A DNA stretch of 64,000 bases from Eledone cirrhosa (lineage: Eukaryota). Under the pieces are notes generated by a model. That model did not search any database. It was not told where the DNA came from and saw only the letters and a program-made list of their open reading frames with translations. The number at the start of each line of letters is the position of its first letter. Within the stretch, counting starts at the first letter, position 1. Made by a program: the position numbers and the translations under genes. The DNA is taken from NCBI GenBank assembly GCA_964016885.1, contig OZ024743.1:347262001-347326000 (forward strand), given 5' to 3'. Below are positions 63,790 through 64,000 of this stretch, in pieces.

Positions 63790-64000
63790 TTACATATAAA
63801 TATCCCTCTGCTAATTTACACGCATGCACGCGCGTGCGCAGTGAGAGAGGGCGAGAGAGAAAAGCAAACATGTAAATAAACAAATATAACATTATTGAAT
63901 AAACAAATCAAGATATGTTGCAGAAAATGAAATGTCTAAATGATTGATAATTGCTCGCTTGAACTCCGACCTCCGATATCCATCTGTGCAAGGGGCATGA

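Overview
This is a eukaryotic, AT-rich, microsatellite-dense window with no recognisable host gene. The SINE families and (TA)n/(CA)n/(GA)n load strongly resemble an octopus (coleoid cephalopod) genome; the organism call is an inference. Mobile DNA dominates. There is one near full-length L1/Tx1-type LINE (29811-35554, intact ORF2) and several Tx1 relics, two R4/Dong-type RLE retrotransposons next to (TAA)n, an RTE relic and an Ingi/Vingi-like 3' end. There are also three Penelope-like (RT plus C-terminal GIY-YIG, Hydra-clade-like) copies, a hAT-Charlie-type element with an 8-bp TSD that carries a 40-bp minisatellite, and about a dozen tRNA-derived SINEs. The most interesting layer is non-coding. 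At least ten hammerhead-ribozyme (HHR) motifs from several unrelated sequence families sit in short modules inside (TA)n tracts. Many modules are fold-back inverted duplications whose ends fall at or near the predicted self-cleavage site, and several families share a downstream TYGAGTGCT motif. Other oddities are a splice-donor consensus on the Tx1 ORF1 stop, a 5'-to-5' Dong/Tx1 junction between (TTA)n tracts, and a perfect 108-bp palindrome made from half a tRNA-like sequence. All calls were read by eye with no database searches, and many element boundaries are approximate.
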